Source of the DNA: the human T2T-CHM13v2.0 reference genome, Homo sapiens
Length of the DNA stretch: 64,000 nt
Direction: 5' to 3' (one strand)
Assembly (NCBI RefSeq): GCF_009914755.1
Contig: NC_060939.1
Shown here: positions 45,481-59,670 of the stretch, piece by piece
How the letters are laid out: each line of letters begins with the position of its first letter
Numbering within the stretch: the stretch's first letter is position 1
Position numbers and translations under genes: made by a program
The notes under the pieces: generated by a model
Told to the model about the DNA's origin: nothing
Database searches by the model: none
The model's input: only the letters and a program-made list of their open reading frames with translations

Positions 45481-45953
45481 CAGTTGACTTGTGAACAATA
45501 TGAATGTGATCTCATTTACTTATACATGGATTCTTTTCAATAAAGATGAAACAGTGTGTCTGCCTTTTCTTCTACCTCCTCCACCTCGCCTGCCTCTGTC
45601 ATCCCTAAGACAGCAAGACCAACCCCTCCTCTTCTTCCTCCTGAGCCTACTCAATGTGAAGAAAATGAAAATGAAGACCTTTATGATGATTCACTTCCAC
45701 TTAGTAAACAGTAAACATATTTTCTCTTTCTGGTGATTTTTTTAATAACATTTTCCTTTCTCTAGCTTACTTTATTGTAAGAATACAGTATATAATACGA
45801 AATAAGTGTTAACTGTTTTTGCTATTGGTAAGGCTTCTGGTCAAAGGAGGCTATGAGTAGTTAAGTTTCTGAGGAGTCAAAAGTTATACAAGGATTTTTA
45901 ACCAAATGGGAAAAGCGGCACCCCTCATCTTCATGCTGTTCAAGGATCAGCTG
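45481..45953 (+). mobile_element. Tigger2a-like TcMar MITE, full length
   Basis: TA|cagttgacttgtgaaca ... tgttcaaggatcagctg|TA. Confidence 0.85.
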
Positions 45954-47389
45954 TATATTCTTGAGAACCTGTGAGTTTGTCTAGATCAGAATACGCCATT
46001 TTTTAGTTGACTGGAATTTGCTTTTCAGGGTGGTTCTACAAATTTAAATTTCCATTTTTCATTAGAATTTACTATTATCACACCTTTTTTTGTTTTGTTT
46101 TTGTTTTGTTTTTGTTGTGATAATTGGTGTCTTATTATGGTTCTAATTAGTATTTCCATGATTACTATTGAGTTGACCTTCTTTTTGAATGTATATTGAT
46201 CTTCACATTTCCTCTTGTTCAAATTGCTTACTAATATATCTTGCCTAATATTTACTGTGGTGTTTATCTTTTCTTATTGATTTGCAGGATCTTCTATTAT
46301 AATCAGTATATTAATCTTTGTCACTTATATGCATGGCTACTATCATCTCCCAGACCATGGCTAATCTATTTTTTATTATGAAATATTTCATTCGCACAAA
46401 GAATATATATGATGAGTATATAAGGCTTGAAATATAATAAAACAAAAATTCTTGTGCCAAACACCTACCTTATGACCTGGTGATGAAATATCAGCAATAC
46501 CCCTGAAGGTCTTTTGATGTTCTTTTGTCTTTCCTGACTATGTTAACCCCTCTTTTGAATTTTTAAAAACTCAGCTTTATTCAGATGTAATTATATGCAA
46601 TAAATGCATACATTTTAAGTATATGGTTTGATATCTTTTGACAAGTATATATACCCATAATCAAGATAGAGAACACAGACTTGTTACCTCCAAAAGGTTC
46701 CCATGCGTTCCTTTGCAAGTAGCCCCTTTCCTAATCTCCAGCCTCAAACAACCAGTATCAGCTGTCAATATAGGTTAGTCTTCAGTGTTCTAGAATTTTA
46801 TATAAATACAATCGTACATTATACAAAAGTACTTGGTGTCTCTGGCTTGTTTTGTGCAATATAGTGCTTTGAGATTTATCCATATTGTTGTGTACATAGG
46901 TAGTTCTCTTTGAGTTCTGAGTAGTATTCCACTGTATGCAACGGTTTGCATACCCACTCTTCTGTTGCTGGACAATTAAGGTGTTTCTTATTAAGTTGGA
47001 TCCTAAAATATTTATATACAAGTATAGGCATATGCTTTATGTGGGCATATCATTTTATTTCTCTTGGATAAGTACCCAGGGGAGAAATTTTTGGGTTGTA
47101 TGGTAAGTCCTATGTTTAACTTTAAAACATTCCCAACGTGTTAGTACTCATGTTACATTCCCACCAGAAATGTAGGGAGGTTTCAGGTAATCCATATTCA
47201 TTAGGTAGGCTTAGTTCAAAGTTTTGTTTTAATTTTAGCTACTATTATTTAAATGGACATTTCTTGAGGACTAATGATGTTGAATATCTTTTTATGTATT
47301 TATTGATCATTCGTAGATCTTCTTGGAAATGTGTCTATTGACATATTTTGTCAATTTTTTCAAAGTAGATTGTTTTCCACTTTTTTCTC

Positions 47390-47688
47390 TTTTTTTTTTT
47401 TTTTCCTGGAGACAGAGTTTCACTCTGTCGCCCGGGCTGGAGTGCAGTGGCGTGATCTCGGCTCACTGCAACCTCCGCCCCGCTGGGTTCGAGCAATTCT
47501 CCTGCCTCAGCCTCCCAAGTAGCTGCGGTTGCAGGCACCTGCCACCGTATCTGGCTAATTTTTGTATTTTTAGTAGAGACAGGGTTTCACCATCTTGGCC
47601 AGGCTCGTCTTGAACACCTGACCTTGTGATCCACCCGCCTCAGCCTCCCAAAGTGCTGGGGTTACAGGCCTGAGCCACCACGCCCGGC
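47390..47688 (-). mobile_element. AluS (Sg/Sc-like)
   Basis: Antisense full dimer. Confidence 0.9.
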
Positions 47689-48949
47689 CTGTTTTCTTTT
47701 TATGATTGAGTTAAGTGTCCTTCATATAGTTGGGAGACAAGACCTCTCTCATATACATATAGGTGCAATATTTTTCCCAGTTAGTGGCTTGCTTTTTTAT
47801 TTTAACGGTGTCATTAAAAAAATATCCATTTACAATTCACAGTGCAATGAGTTTTGACAGACACATACACTTGTTAAACCACCACTACAATATATACAAA
47901 ATACTTCCATCCCTGCCTCCACTCCTGGCTGGTCATAGACAACCGATGATCTGCCTTCTGTCAAAATAGGTTAGTTTGCATTTTCTAGGTTTTTCAATTT
48001 ATAAACTGAAACATTCAGTTTTTATTTTTGACTTCTTTTACTCAGCATAATGATTCGTTCATGGAGATCCATCTATGTGGTTGCATGTTTTAGTAGTATC
48101 CTAATTTTATTGCAAAATAGTAGTACATTGTGTAGATATGCTATATTGTGTTTTTCCATTCTCTTAATGATGGGAATTTGGATTATATCTGGTTTTTGCT
48201 TACTGTGAATAAAACCTCTATGGACATTCATGTACAATGCTTTGTGTAGGCATCTATTTTCATTGCTCTTGGGTAAGTATCTGGTAATGAAATGTCTGGT
48301 TCATATGGTAGGTTGTGTTTAACTTAATCAGGAACTTCCTAATGATTTCCTCATAGTTGTATCATTTTACACCCCTACCAGCAATGTATGAGAATTTCAG
48401 TTGCTTTATATCTCATCAGCATTTGGCATCGTCAGCCTTTTTAATTTTAGTTTAGTAATGTGTATGCAGTGACATCGTATTATGGTTTTAATTTGCTTTC
48501 CCCTGATGACTAACGCTGCTAAGCAGCTTTTCATATGCTTATTTGCCATCCTTAAAACTTCTTTGGTGATGTGTCAATTCAAGATTTTACCCATGTTATA
48601 TTGGGTTGTTTGCGTTCTCATTTAGGATTTGTAAAAATTTTTTGTTCCAATTTTTTTTTTTATCAGATTTGTGTTGTGTCAATATTTTCTTCCACTCTGT
48701 GGCTTACCTTCTCATTGTCCCAGTGGTGGTATTCAAAGGAAAAATGGTTTTAATTTTAACGAAGTCCAACGTATCAACATTTTCTTTTATGGTTTATATT
48801 GTTGCTGTTGTATCTAAACTGTATTTCCATATTTATTTCTAAGAGTTTTATAGTTTTAGCTTTTACATTTAGTCCCACGTTCCATTTCGAGTTCGCTTTT
48901 GTATGCAATGTGAATTGTCAAAGTTTATTTTTTTATATGGATATCAATC

Positions 48950-49239
48950 TTTTTTTTGAGACAGAGTTTCCCTCTTTCGCCTAGGCTGGAGTGAAGTGGC
49001 AGGATCCTGGCTCACTGCAACTTCTGTCCCCCGGTTTCAAGCCATTCTCCTGTCTCAGACTCCCAAGTAGCTGGGATTATAGGTGCCTGCCACCATGCCC
49101 GGCTAATTTTTGTATTTTTAGTAGAGACGGGGTTTCGCCACGTTGGCCAGGCTGGTCTCAAACTCCTGGCCTCAGGTGATCCACCCGCCTCGGCCTCCCA
49201 AAGTGCTAGGATTACAGGCGTGAGCCACGGCGCCCGGCC
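48950..49239 (-). mobile_element. AluSx-like
   Basis: Antisense dimer; TSD ggatatcaat (48939-48948, 49241-49250). Confidence 0.9.
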
Positions 49240-49813
49240 AGGATATCAATTGTTAGAGTACTATCTGTAAAGAATTAAATTTAAAAAAGTTTATTTCTTC
49301 TATTGTCTAGGTAAATTTTATAAAAATCAATTGACATGTGGGTATTTATTTCTGGACTCCTAGCTTGTTACAACTATATACATATATATTTACACACACA
49401 TATACACACACACTACCGTACTTTCTTAATTACTTTATAATACGTTTTGAAATCAGATAGTCTTTCAACTTATTTCTTTTTCAAACTTGTAGTCATTGTA
49501 TAGCCTTTTCATATAATATACATCTTATAATCAGCTTATCCATTTCTACAAAAATAATAGCAAAAAGGAGGAGGAGGAGGAAAAAGGGGAGGAAGATGTA
49601 GAGGAGTCATATATCTGGTGTGCTTTAGACTGGGGTTGTGTCGAATCTATAGATCAGTTTGAGAGAACCTTACTAATATTGAATGATCAATAGATGAACA
49701 TTGTACATCTCTTCATTTATTTGTGTTGATTTTATTAATGCTGGTAATTTGCAGTGTCCAAATCTTGTACCTGCTTTGTTAAATTTATATTTAAGTGTTT
49801 TCTGTTTCATTGA

Positions 49814-50271
49814 TTTCACTCGCGTCCATGTGAAGAGACCACCAAACAGGCTTTGTGTGAGCAAGGCTGTTTATTTCACCTGGGTTCAGGCGGGCTGAGT
49901 CTGAAAAGAGAGTCAGCCAAAGGAGATATGGGTGGGGTCGTTTTATAGGATTTAGGTAGGTAAAGGAAAATTACAGTCAAAGGGGGGAGTTGTTCTCAGG
50001 CGGGCAGGAGTGGGGGTCACAAGGTGCTCAGTTGGGGAGCTTTTTGAGCCAGAATGAGCCAGGAGAAGGAATTTCACAAGGTAATGTCATCAGTTAAGGC
50101 AAGGACCGGCCATTTTCACTTCTTTTGTGGTGGAATGTCATCAGTGAAGGCAGGAACAGGCCATTTAAATATCCCTTCTTTTGTGATTCTTCAGTTACTT
50201 CAGGCCATCTGGATGTATAGGTGCAGGTCACAGGGGATATGATGGCTTAGCTTGGGCTCAGAGGCCTGACA
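49814..50271 (-). mobile_element. HERV-H solo LTR (LTR7 family, probably LTR7B)
   Basis: Reverse complement TGTCAGGCCTCTGAGCCCAAGCTAAGCCATCATATCCCCTGTGACC ... GACGCGAGTGAAA; 458 bp; TSD attga/gttga; TATA and AATAAA intact. Confidence 0.92.
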
Positions 50272-50946
50272 GTTGACATCATTGTCAGTGGTGTTTTTGC
50301 ATTACATTTACAATTGTTATTGCTAGTACATAAAAAGACAGTTGATTTTTGTATGTTGTTTTGCATACATAAGTGTATCTAGTAGTTCTAAAAACTTCTA
50401 AAAACCTTTTAGGTAGATGTTTTAGAATTTTCTGTATTCATGATTTATCAACTACAAATAAGACAGTTTATTTCCAAATTGTATGCCTTTTATTTCTTTG
50501 CTTGACTTACCGCACAGGCCAAGTCCTCCTTTTATATTATTAAACAAAAGTGGTGAAATTTGGCTGTTTTTAATTAGTTTTATCAGGTTGAGAAATTTTC
50601 CCTTCCATTTCTTTTACTATTTTGTTAATAGTTTCTATCATTAATAGGTATTGGAATTTATCAAAAGGTTTCTCCGCATCTAATGATATAATCGTGTTTC
50701 CTTTCCTTTATTCATAACTACGGTACCATACATTCCTGACAATGATAGTCACTCTTAATTTTTTATCAGATTCTTAGACCACCATATATTTTACCATACA
50801 TTATGTATATTTTAATAAGAAATAGATTATAAATATTTGTATGTTTCTGACCTTATGTTGCTGGTATCTTACTATATATATCCTATTAAAGTTTGTTTTT
50901 CCCACTCAATAATATGTTTTTAAAATCCATCTATAATAATATGTGA

Positions 50947-51102
<156 letters not shown>

Positions 51103-51994
51103 TGAGTATGTCAGTTTCCTGATTGTACATTGCTTGGGGCGGGGATTGCTGGATGAAATACCCTGCATGTGACTACATTGGGACTGGACAAAGAGAAAGT
51201 AAATGGGTGGGCCAACAACAAAAAAACAACATACCCTTCAGCTTTGCAAGACAATGCCAACTTCTTTTCCAAAGTGGTTGCAACGATTTACATTCACACA
51301 AATGAATACGATTACTGGTTGTTCTGTATGCATAGAACTCAGTACTTACTATCTGCCAGTAGATGTTGATCTCAATTGGTGGATCCCTTTGTTGTTTTGT
51401 TAGTAAATATACACCAAGGTTTCATTGGTAAATGTCTTGCTTGCTGTTGATTCTTGTTTCTTTTCTTTAAAATACCTATTCATATCATTTTGAGGTACAC
51501 TGCAATGATATTACATTTTATAGATTAATTTGAGAAGTATATTTTTATAATTGTGTGGAGACCTATTAAAAAAACAATTTAATTTTACCTTTCTTAATGC
51601 TATTACATAAGGATTTATCACTTTCTCTTTGTATTTCTGTTGTCAGATTTATCTAAAAGTTATTCAGTTCTTAATATTTTGGCAATGCAAATAGTATGTT
51701 CGAATTATACTTTGTAACTGTATATTGCTACTGTGTAAGAACTCACTTTATTTCAAATTTTGGTCTTATGTTTAGAAACAAAGTTATACATTTTGATGAT
51801 TAATTTTAGTAATTTGATTATGGATTCCCATGCTTCTTTTACATGAATATTAATATCACCCCAGAATTGACAGGGTTTTCTGTCCCATTTATGACAAGTA
51901 TTTATTCATTTTATTTTTCTTACTTGAATGGCTAGGACTTTGAATAAAATATTGAGTGAAAATGATGATTGCCAATATACTTATTCATCTCTGA

Positions 51995-52313
<319 letters not shown>

Positions 52314-52589
52314 CTCATTTGTGATTTTTAAATCAATGCTTCTAAGCTTTTACTGTAAAGTCTGATGGATTTTTGGTAGATTATCTTTATTAGGTAAGTA
52401 GAGTTTTCTTCTAGTCTATGTATGATAAGGATTTTATTATTATTATTAAATAATTGCTAAATTTTTTCAACTGCTTTTTTCCCCTTCTCTTGAAGAGATT
52501 ATAAGGGTTTCCCCCTTTTAATCTGCTAAGATGGGAAATGATTAAAATATTTTCTAAAATGAGGCCAATATTAAATTTGTTGATTAATT

Positions 52590-53230
52590 GCCCACTTAGT
52601 GCTGGGTGTTCTGTTAGCATCTGAGAAGTATATAGCAATGATTAAAGGAAGAATGGTGATAAAGATTTTATTATTTTTTTAAAACTAAGCAAATAAATAA
52701 TATGACATATGACAATGTTTTGAATAAAAACGGAACAAGATAGAGATTGGTAGGTACTATTTTAAAGAAGATGTTTAAGAATTTTCTATCTGATCAAAAT
52801 GACATTTAGGCAGGGATCAGAAGGAAGTGAGAAAATGAGCTATATGGACACATGCAGGAAGCACTTTCCAGGCAATGGAATTGGCAAGCGCAAAGGCCCT
52901 GTGGCAGAAAGAAGTTGGTCAGGATGGCGAAGGGGTGGCAAGTAACAGTGTGAGTGGGGTTCTATAAAGTCAAAGACACAGCAGCATATCTGACCTGACA
53001 GGTTCTAAATATCAGATGCTTCATTCCAGGGTCTTGGGGGCCATGGCCAGAACTTTGGAGTTTTATTCTGAAGCAGATAAAACTCTGGAGAGTGTGACTT
53101 ATTTTTTAATAGGATCCTCTGGCTTATTTGTGGAAGATAGAAAGCGTATAAGAAAGCAAAATCACAAGCAAACTAATGGTTAGAGGGCTCTTGTGTAACT
53201 CCAGATGAGAGAGGATAGGGGCTTGGTCAA
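52590..53230 (-). mobile_element. L2
   Basis: gacatttaggcag...gcaaaggccctgtggcag...ttttattctgaag. Confidence 0.65.
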
Positions 53231-53245
53231 ATAAGAAAGGTTTGG

Positions 53246-53594
<349 letters not shown>

Positions 53595-54969
53595 TTATAG
53601 CACTTACTATCTACCAGGCACTCTTCTAAGAATTTCATAAATATGTACTCATTTCACAGCTTCAACAGGTAGATACTATTATGACCACCATTTTATATGG
53701 AGAAGCTGAGGTACAGAGAGGTAAAATACCTGCACATGTTTAAAGAGTCTCAGGGAGTTAGCTTGGAGGCTGGGGAACATCAAACAAGGTCTACCTCCGA
53801 AGGTGGTTCAAGGCCACCAGGAGCAAGGACAGGGAGGGAGAGTCCTTGGCATATGGAAACTCAGAAGGGGGAGGTTTATAGGCTGTCTGGGGCCTCACTT
53901 TAGAATGGCATGAATGCTTTATCTGGCTATGATTCTAGGGTATGTTTCTTAGGATAGAAATCTCCACTCTGGCTGTGGATACAAGAGGATTCTGTTATTG
54001 AGAATAGTGAAGGAGGGGTAGGATTACATAATTTATTCATTTGTTGCTGTTAGCATTACATTTTATGAGAGTACCTAGGCTCTCTGATCCTGAGACCTGC
54101 AATGTAGTTTTTTATAATAGACAAAAAAGAGAAAGAAGTAGAGTGTCTAGGATTCTCGCTGTCTTCTCCCATGATCAGTCCTTAATACTGGATCTGAATT
54201 TTCTCTGGCAAATGATACAAAAGTCTTTTTCTTTTTATTTTTTGTTCATTTGTTTGTTTGTTGAAATGAAGCTCTGTGCATTCTTAGTGTGATGGCACAG
54301 AACACCAACTTATTTTTTTCTTGCATAAAACTATCATATGTCTCTAAAATTCCCTCAGCATCTGAACTGCTTACACATGTTTGCCCATTTCCATCGTTTC
54401 CCCAAAAGTGAAGTTCTCCAGGCCCCTTATGTACTTTTTGTTCATTTCAGATTTATATTTATTTATTTATTTATTTATTTATTTATTTTTGGTTTGCAAA
54501 ATGCTTAGGAAACCAAAGTATGAGAGATCAAGTCATTACAAACCAAAGCAATGCAGGACAAAATCCATAAGGATGATCTAGGCAATAAGATAATTTCAGA
54601 GGAAGGGAGAATGACTCTTGACTGAGGGACCATGGAGGGCTCTGAGGAGGAACTAGGATTTGAGCCTGGATGTGAATATTGTCTGTTTTACACAGGTAGA
54701 GAGGGACAGAGATGCCTGCCTGTGAGTACTTATGTCAATTCTCTCTGACTTTAGCCCGTAGCACTGCGTATGGTTTCCTCACACATTCTGGTCAATAGAA
54801 ATTCCCTCAGTAATCACCAAGGACACCCAAAATCTCAATCTCAGCTTTACTTCTTCCAAGGACTTGGAATCAAGCATTTCCTGAAACAATTGTATTAGTT
54901 GGGGATAGACTAAGGCTGTCAATTTTGTCTTTCTCTGTATCTTCCCTATACCAGGTACATAGTAGATAC

Positions 54970-55385
54970 TGTTGGTCTGTTTTTGTGCTGCTGTAAAGGA
55001 ATACCTGAGGCTGGGTAGTTTATAAGGAAAAGAGGTTTAATTGGCTCCTAATTCTACAGGCTGTACAGGAAGCATGGTGCTGGCATCTGCTTGGCTTCTG
55101 GTGAGAGGCCTCAAGGAGCTTCTACTCATGGCAGAAGGGGAAGTGGGGGAAGGCATGTCACATGGCAAGAGTGAACAAGGGGATGTAGCACGTGCCACAC
55201 TCTTTTAAACAACCAGATCTCATGTGCTCTCAGATTGAGAACTCACTCATTACTGCCAGGAGGACACCAAGCCATTCATGAGGAATCTGCCCCCATGACA
55301 AAAACGCCTCCCACCCGGCCTCGGCTCCAACAATGGGGATTACATTTCAACATGAGGTTTGGAGGGAAACATCGGAACTATGTAA
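54970..55385 (-). mobile_element. MSTB-like solo LTR (MaLR)
   Basis: aaggaatacctgaggctggg...gcatggtgctggcatctgc...tttcaacatgaggtttggaggg; perfect TSD gatac. Confidence 0.85.
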
Positions 55386-55608
55386 GATACTTAGCAAATA
55401 TTTAGTTAATGCAAAAATACATTCCCATTTAACTTGAAATCTTTAGAATTGCACTTTTCATCTCTAGTAAGCCACATACTTTGATCTATTGCACTGAACA
55501 CAGTACTAGATATATTACTAAATTTATTTCTCAGTGACCAGCTATTTGCTGGAACCAGAATCCCTTCCTAATTGCAGTCTTATTGGCTAGGTATTGGCAC
55601 TGCACTTA

Positions 55609-55659
55609 GCGGAAGTGTCACCTCCCTCATCAGGGTGCACCGCCATAAATGGACAGATG
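55609..55659. promoter_or_regulatory. Candidate serum-response-element-like module: ETS site, CArG box, E-box
   Basis: GCGGAAGTG 55609-55617; CCATAAATGG 55643-55652; CAGATG 55654-55659; non-repeat context; motif evidence only. Confidence 0.35.
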
Positions 55660-56849
55660 GCCATGGGTTCAGGGCTGCTGTTTCCCTGGGTCTGAGTGTT
55701 TCTTGCCAACCAGGATTGCAAGGAAGTCTGGATTTTTTTTTTTTTTTGTAATGATTTTCACCTCCATGCCTAATGCTAAGCCTGCTCAATATCAACAATG
55801 CCTAAACGGCTAAATATTACACAATGGCTATCTGGTGCATACTAAAAGATAAGTTCAGTTCCTAGCTTGGCTTTTCAAAGCCATTGTTGTCTAGTCATAG
55901 TTTCCTTACGGGTGACTGTTTTAAATGGCAGGAATGACTTGAGCTATGCAAAGAGACATGAGCATCCCTAAAATATCTCCAGTGTGGTGAGTGTGTGGAA
56001 GAGAAATTTGAATTAAGCAGAGGTCCTCAATCTAACTGGAATAAACACTTCCCATTTATGACCAATATTTGTCATTTTTTTATTATCCTAAAATAAAAAG
56101 TAAAGTGATATAATATTTGACATAAATAGTTTCAGAGTATCAACATTGTGCTCTAACTGTAATATAAAAGGAAAGTATAATAAACTGCTACAAATTAAAT
56201 TTGTGACTGATAGACACAGTTCACTTAATATGTACTGTCCTAAGCAGCTGGATCCTTATTTTTCTCCTTGTAACCCCAGTTTATTCCCAAGGCATTTTGT
56301 ACATCAACTCTTGTTTTCTTCTTTGCCCTTTATTCAAAACTTCTATTGAATACCAACTATATATTGGACACTGTGATAGGCAATAATATAAGAATTACTA
56401 TCTCCCACATGGCTGATATGGAAACCCACAAGTTAACCCAGTTTTCCTAGGGTGTATTATGAATAGGCAGCTGAACAAAGTTTCAAAAGCAAATATACCT
56501 GTTACTTCTGCTGTCACAAACATGAGAGCAGTTATGGGTGGGGTAGTCACTGGCAGGGAGTCTGAGGGAGGTTTCTGAGGGGTGGGGTTGGTGTTCTTCT
56601 CACGTGGGTGGTTATATGAGTATGCTGCCTTTGTTGAAGTTCAGTGAGTTTCACACTTATGATTTGTGCTATGTGAACTTTTCTTTATGTATGTTGTTCT
56701 TCAATAAAAGCTCACTCCAAAGGCAGGGAGAGAAGCAAATCTATCTAAATCCAACAGTTTCCTTTGCCTGAAGCCAGATTTCAATGAATCTCCACTTCAA
56801 ATGTCAGATCCCCTTCTCAGTATGCTTTTTGTCATTTTATTAGCGCTGG

Positions 56850-57430
56850 CCTGCTTTGCAAGGATAGCTCTTTAGACACTTCTTTACTGAGAGCTCTTGG
56901 CAGAAACCGGGACTCCTCTCGAAGGGTAGGGGTAAGAGGAATTAGAGATATTGATCCAAACCTGAGTTCTACAGGAGATCCTTTCCCATCCATCCTGCCA
57001 AACCCCAAAGTGACGTTTTCATTCGACGTCACAACGCTTCACTCAGTGTGACACAGGTTCTGTGTCACATTCATTCTGTGACGCAGGTTCTGAAGAAGAA
57101 CTCAACTTCAGTCCTATGGAGACCACTGAAAGAGGAAGCTCCCCGCAGCAAAGAAAGTAACCAGGAACTGAGTTTTGATGGGAAATTTGTCTTTCAAATT
57201 CAAAGCAGTAGATTGGAATGATATGGATAGCCCAGCCTTGGAATTGAGATGGCCCTCAGAAATCAGAGCACTGATTTTCACTTGAACAACTTTGAAAAGC
57301 CTAAACAACAAGGGAATATCTCTCTCTCTCTCTATATATATATCCTGGCCTGTGATCTCTCTACGTCCCAGGATGGGGTCGGATGGGCACAGCCGGGCAC
57401 GGACTGTCCAGAGTGTTAGACGCCAACTGG
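56850..57430. promoter_or_regulatory. Candidate enhancer/promoter with clustered CRE half-sites and retained CpGs
   Basis: TGACG 57011, CGACGTCA 57024-57031, TGACG 57079; about 14 CpGs in unique sequence; (CT)n(TA)n at 57319-57343. Confidence 0.4.
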
Positions 57431-58123
57431 GTAGCTATTCAATTATGAATAGTTAGAAAAGAGAGAGAGAGAAAAGAGAAAATAACTAAAAGACTCTCTA
57501 CCATACCACTCTCCCTCAAGCCCTAGAAAGAGGCAATTCTGAAGTGGTTGGTCGTCTTGGAAAATAGGTTAATGATTTTACAGATTTCCCAGACAATGAA
57601 AAAATGATACATTTATTTCTAGGCAAGTAGATCAGTTTGCTTCTTTATCATAAAAGAGCTTGAAGAATTCAGTGAGGTTCAGAGGGAAAAAAATGCTTAA
57701 AGAAAAGTTGCTTTCAAAGTTGTATTTAAAAATCACATATACCCTTCTATATTTTATAAGCCATTAAAAGGCTTTCCAAGGGCAAATTTAAACATTCCAA
57801 TTAGTCATCTTACAAGCTGACTTTAGAACATAAAGTATATGTAAGATTTAATTTCATTTTATTTCTCAACCTTATAATGGTCGAAAGAAACAGATACTGT
57901 GGGGTGAAGTAAAATCTTTGACCCATACAGTAAAATATGAGGCTGTAATGAACTATTTCTTTAAACCTGGTATTTACCAAGCATAGAGCTATGTTGGTGC
58001 TGAGCTGACTTTATGTTTTTTTGGCCAGGCACTATGATGGAGACCGTGTTACATTATTTCCTTTAATCCATTCTCTAGTCCTATGTGGTAGATAGTAAAT
58101 TGTGCTTTTAAAATAAGGGTACT

Positions 58124-58430
58124 GGGCTGGGCACAGTGGCTCACACCTGTAATCCCAGAATTTTGGGAGGTCAAGGTGGGAAGATCGCTTGAGCCCAGGA
58201 GTTTGAGCCAGCCTGGACAACCTAGAGAGACTCCATCTCTACAAAAAATTTAAAAATTAGCCGAACTTGATGGTGCGTGCTTGTAATCCCAACCATCAGG
58301 AGGCTGAGGTGGAAGGATCACCTGAGCCCGGGAGGTCAAGGCTGTAGTGAGCCTGGATGGTGCTACTGTACTCCAGGGTGAGTGACAGAGCGAGAACCTG
58401 TCTCAAAAATAAATAAGTAAATAAACAAAC
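58124..58430 (+). mobile_element. AluJ-like, inside an antisense MIR
   Basis: Full dimer, (TAAA)n tail, degenerate TSD ataagggtact/ataggggcact. Confidence 0.9.
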
Positions 58431-59169
58431 ATAGGGGCACTAAGGTACATAGAAGTTAACCAACCTGTCCAAGTTACAGAGCCCACAGCTCTCAATCAAA
58501 TAGATACAATTCTATGCCAGTGAAACTTCTGGGGCGAAAGTCTTTTAGGAGACATAGAAATGTGTCAAAATTCAAAAAGCCCTGAAGATTATTTCCAGAA
58601 GGAAGGCACAGAGGAGAAAAAAGAAAATATTTGAAAATACAGTGGTAGAAAATTCGCCTGACCTGAGGGGCAGCTTTTTGCCACCAATGTCTCTGATACA
58701 TTAATTATTCTCTGCTACATTAAGATTTTAGTTTTTAATTTTAACAATTTTTCCTCCTGAATTTGAATTTTCTGTGTTTGTTTGGTTTGATGCTTTTTCT
58801 CACAAGGGTGAATTGCCTCAAATGTTTGGGAATTTTTAGTCATCTTTTCATATTTGTAAATAAGAATCTGCATTGATCAGTCTTTGCAGCAGGAGTGTAT
58901 TTTCTCCAGCCTCCGGGTTCTAATTTTATGACACCACTGCCTATCATTCTGAAATTATTCGAAACACTAATGGAAAAAATCACTTTTTAGAGATACTCTT
59001 CTTCACTTGGATGAGTTTGCAATTTTCTCAGGTTCACTGTATTTTATCATTTTTTACCCTGTTCCCATCAGCTTTGCATTTTTTACAAACCCCATAACCA
59101 TCATGTGGGCTGATGACACTCCTCCCAGCCTCCTAGCCCTGCTATGGATATTTTATTCATTTACTCATT

Positions 59170-59670
59170 TGTTCATATACCCAACTTTTTACTGAAGTCT
59201 ATACATACAGAAAGGTGAACATATTGTGAGGCTATAACTTGATTAATTTTTGAAGAGTATGCTTGTGTAACTATCTCCCAGATCAAGCAGCAGATTCTTC
59301 CCAGGAATTCCAGAAACCCATGTCCTGCACCTTTCCAGATACTAAGCCCCCCTCCCAAGGAAGTCAACTATCCTGACCTCTAGCACCATATTAAACTTGC
59401 CTGTTTTGCACTTTATGTAAGCAGGATTCCACAGTATATACACTTTGTGCACTGCTTCTTTAATCTGTGTTTGGAGATTCAACCCTGTTCTTGCATGTAG
59501 CCATGCTTTATTTGTTCTCACGAGGTGGGAGGATAGCCTGAGCCTGAGAGGTCAAAGCTGTAGTGAGCCAGGAAGGTGCCACTGTACTCCAGCCTGGGCA
59601 ACAGAGCAAGACCTTGTCTCAAAGCATATACCTAGCATATACCTAAGAGTAGAATTGCTGGCTTTGATTG
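59170..59670 (-). mobile_element. L1ME 3' fragment containing a sense Alu right-arm fragment (59522-59623)
   Basis: aactatcctgacctctagcaccata (L1ME); gaggtgggaggatagcctgagcc...ccttgtctcaaa (Alu). Confidence 0.65.
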
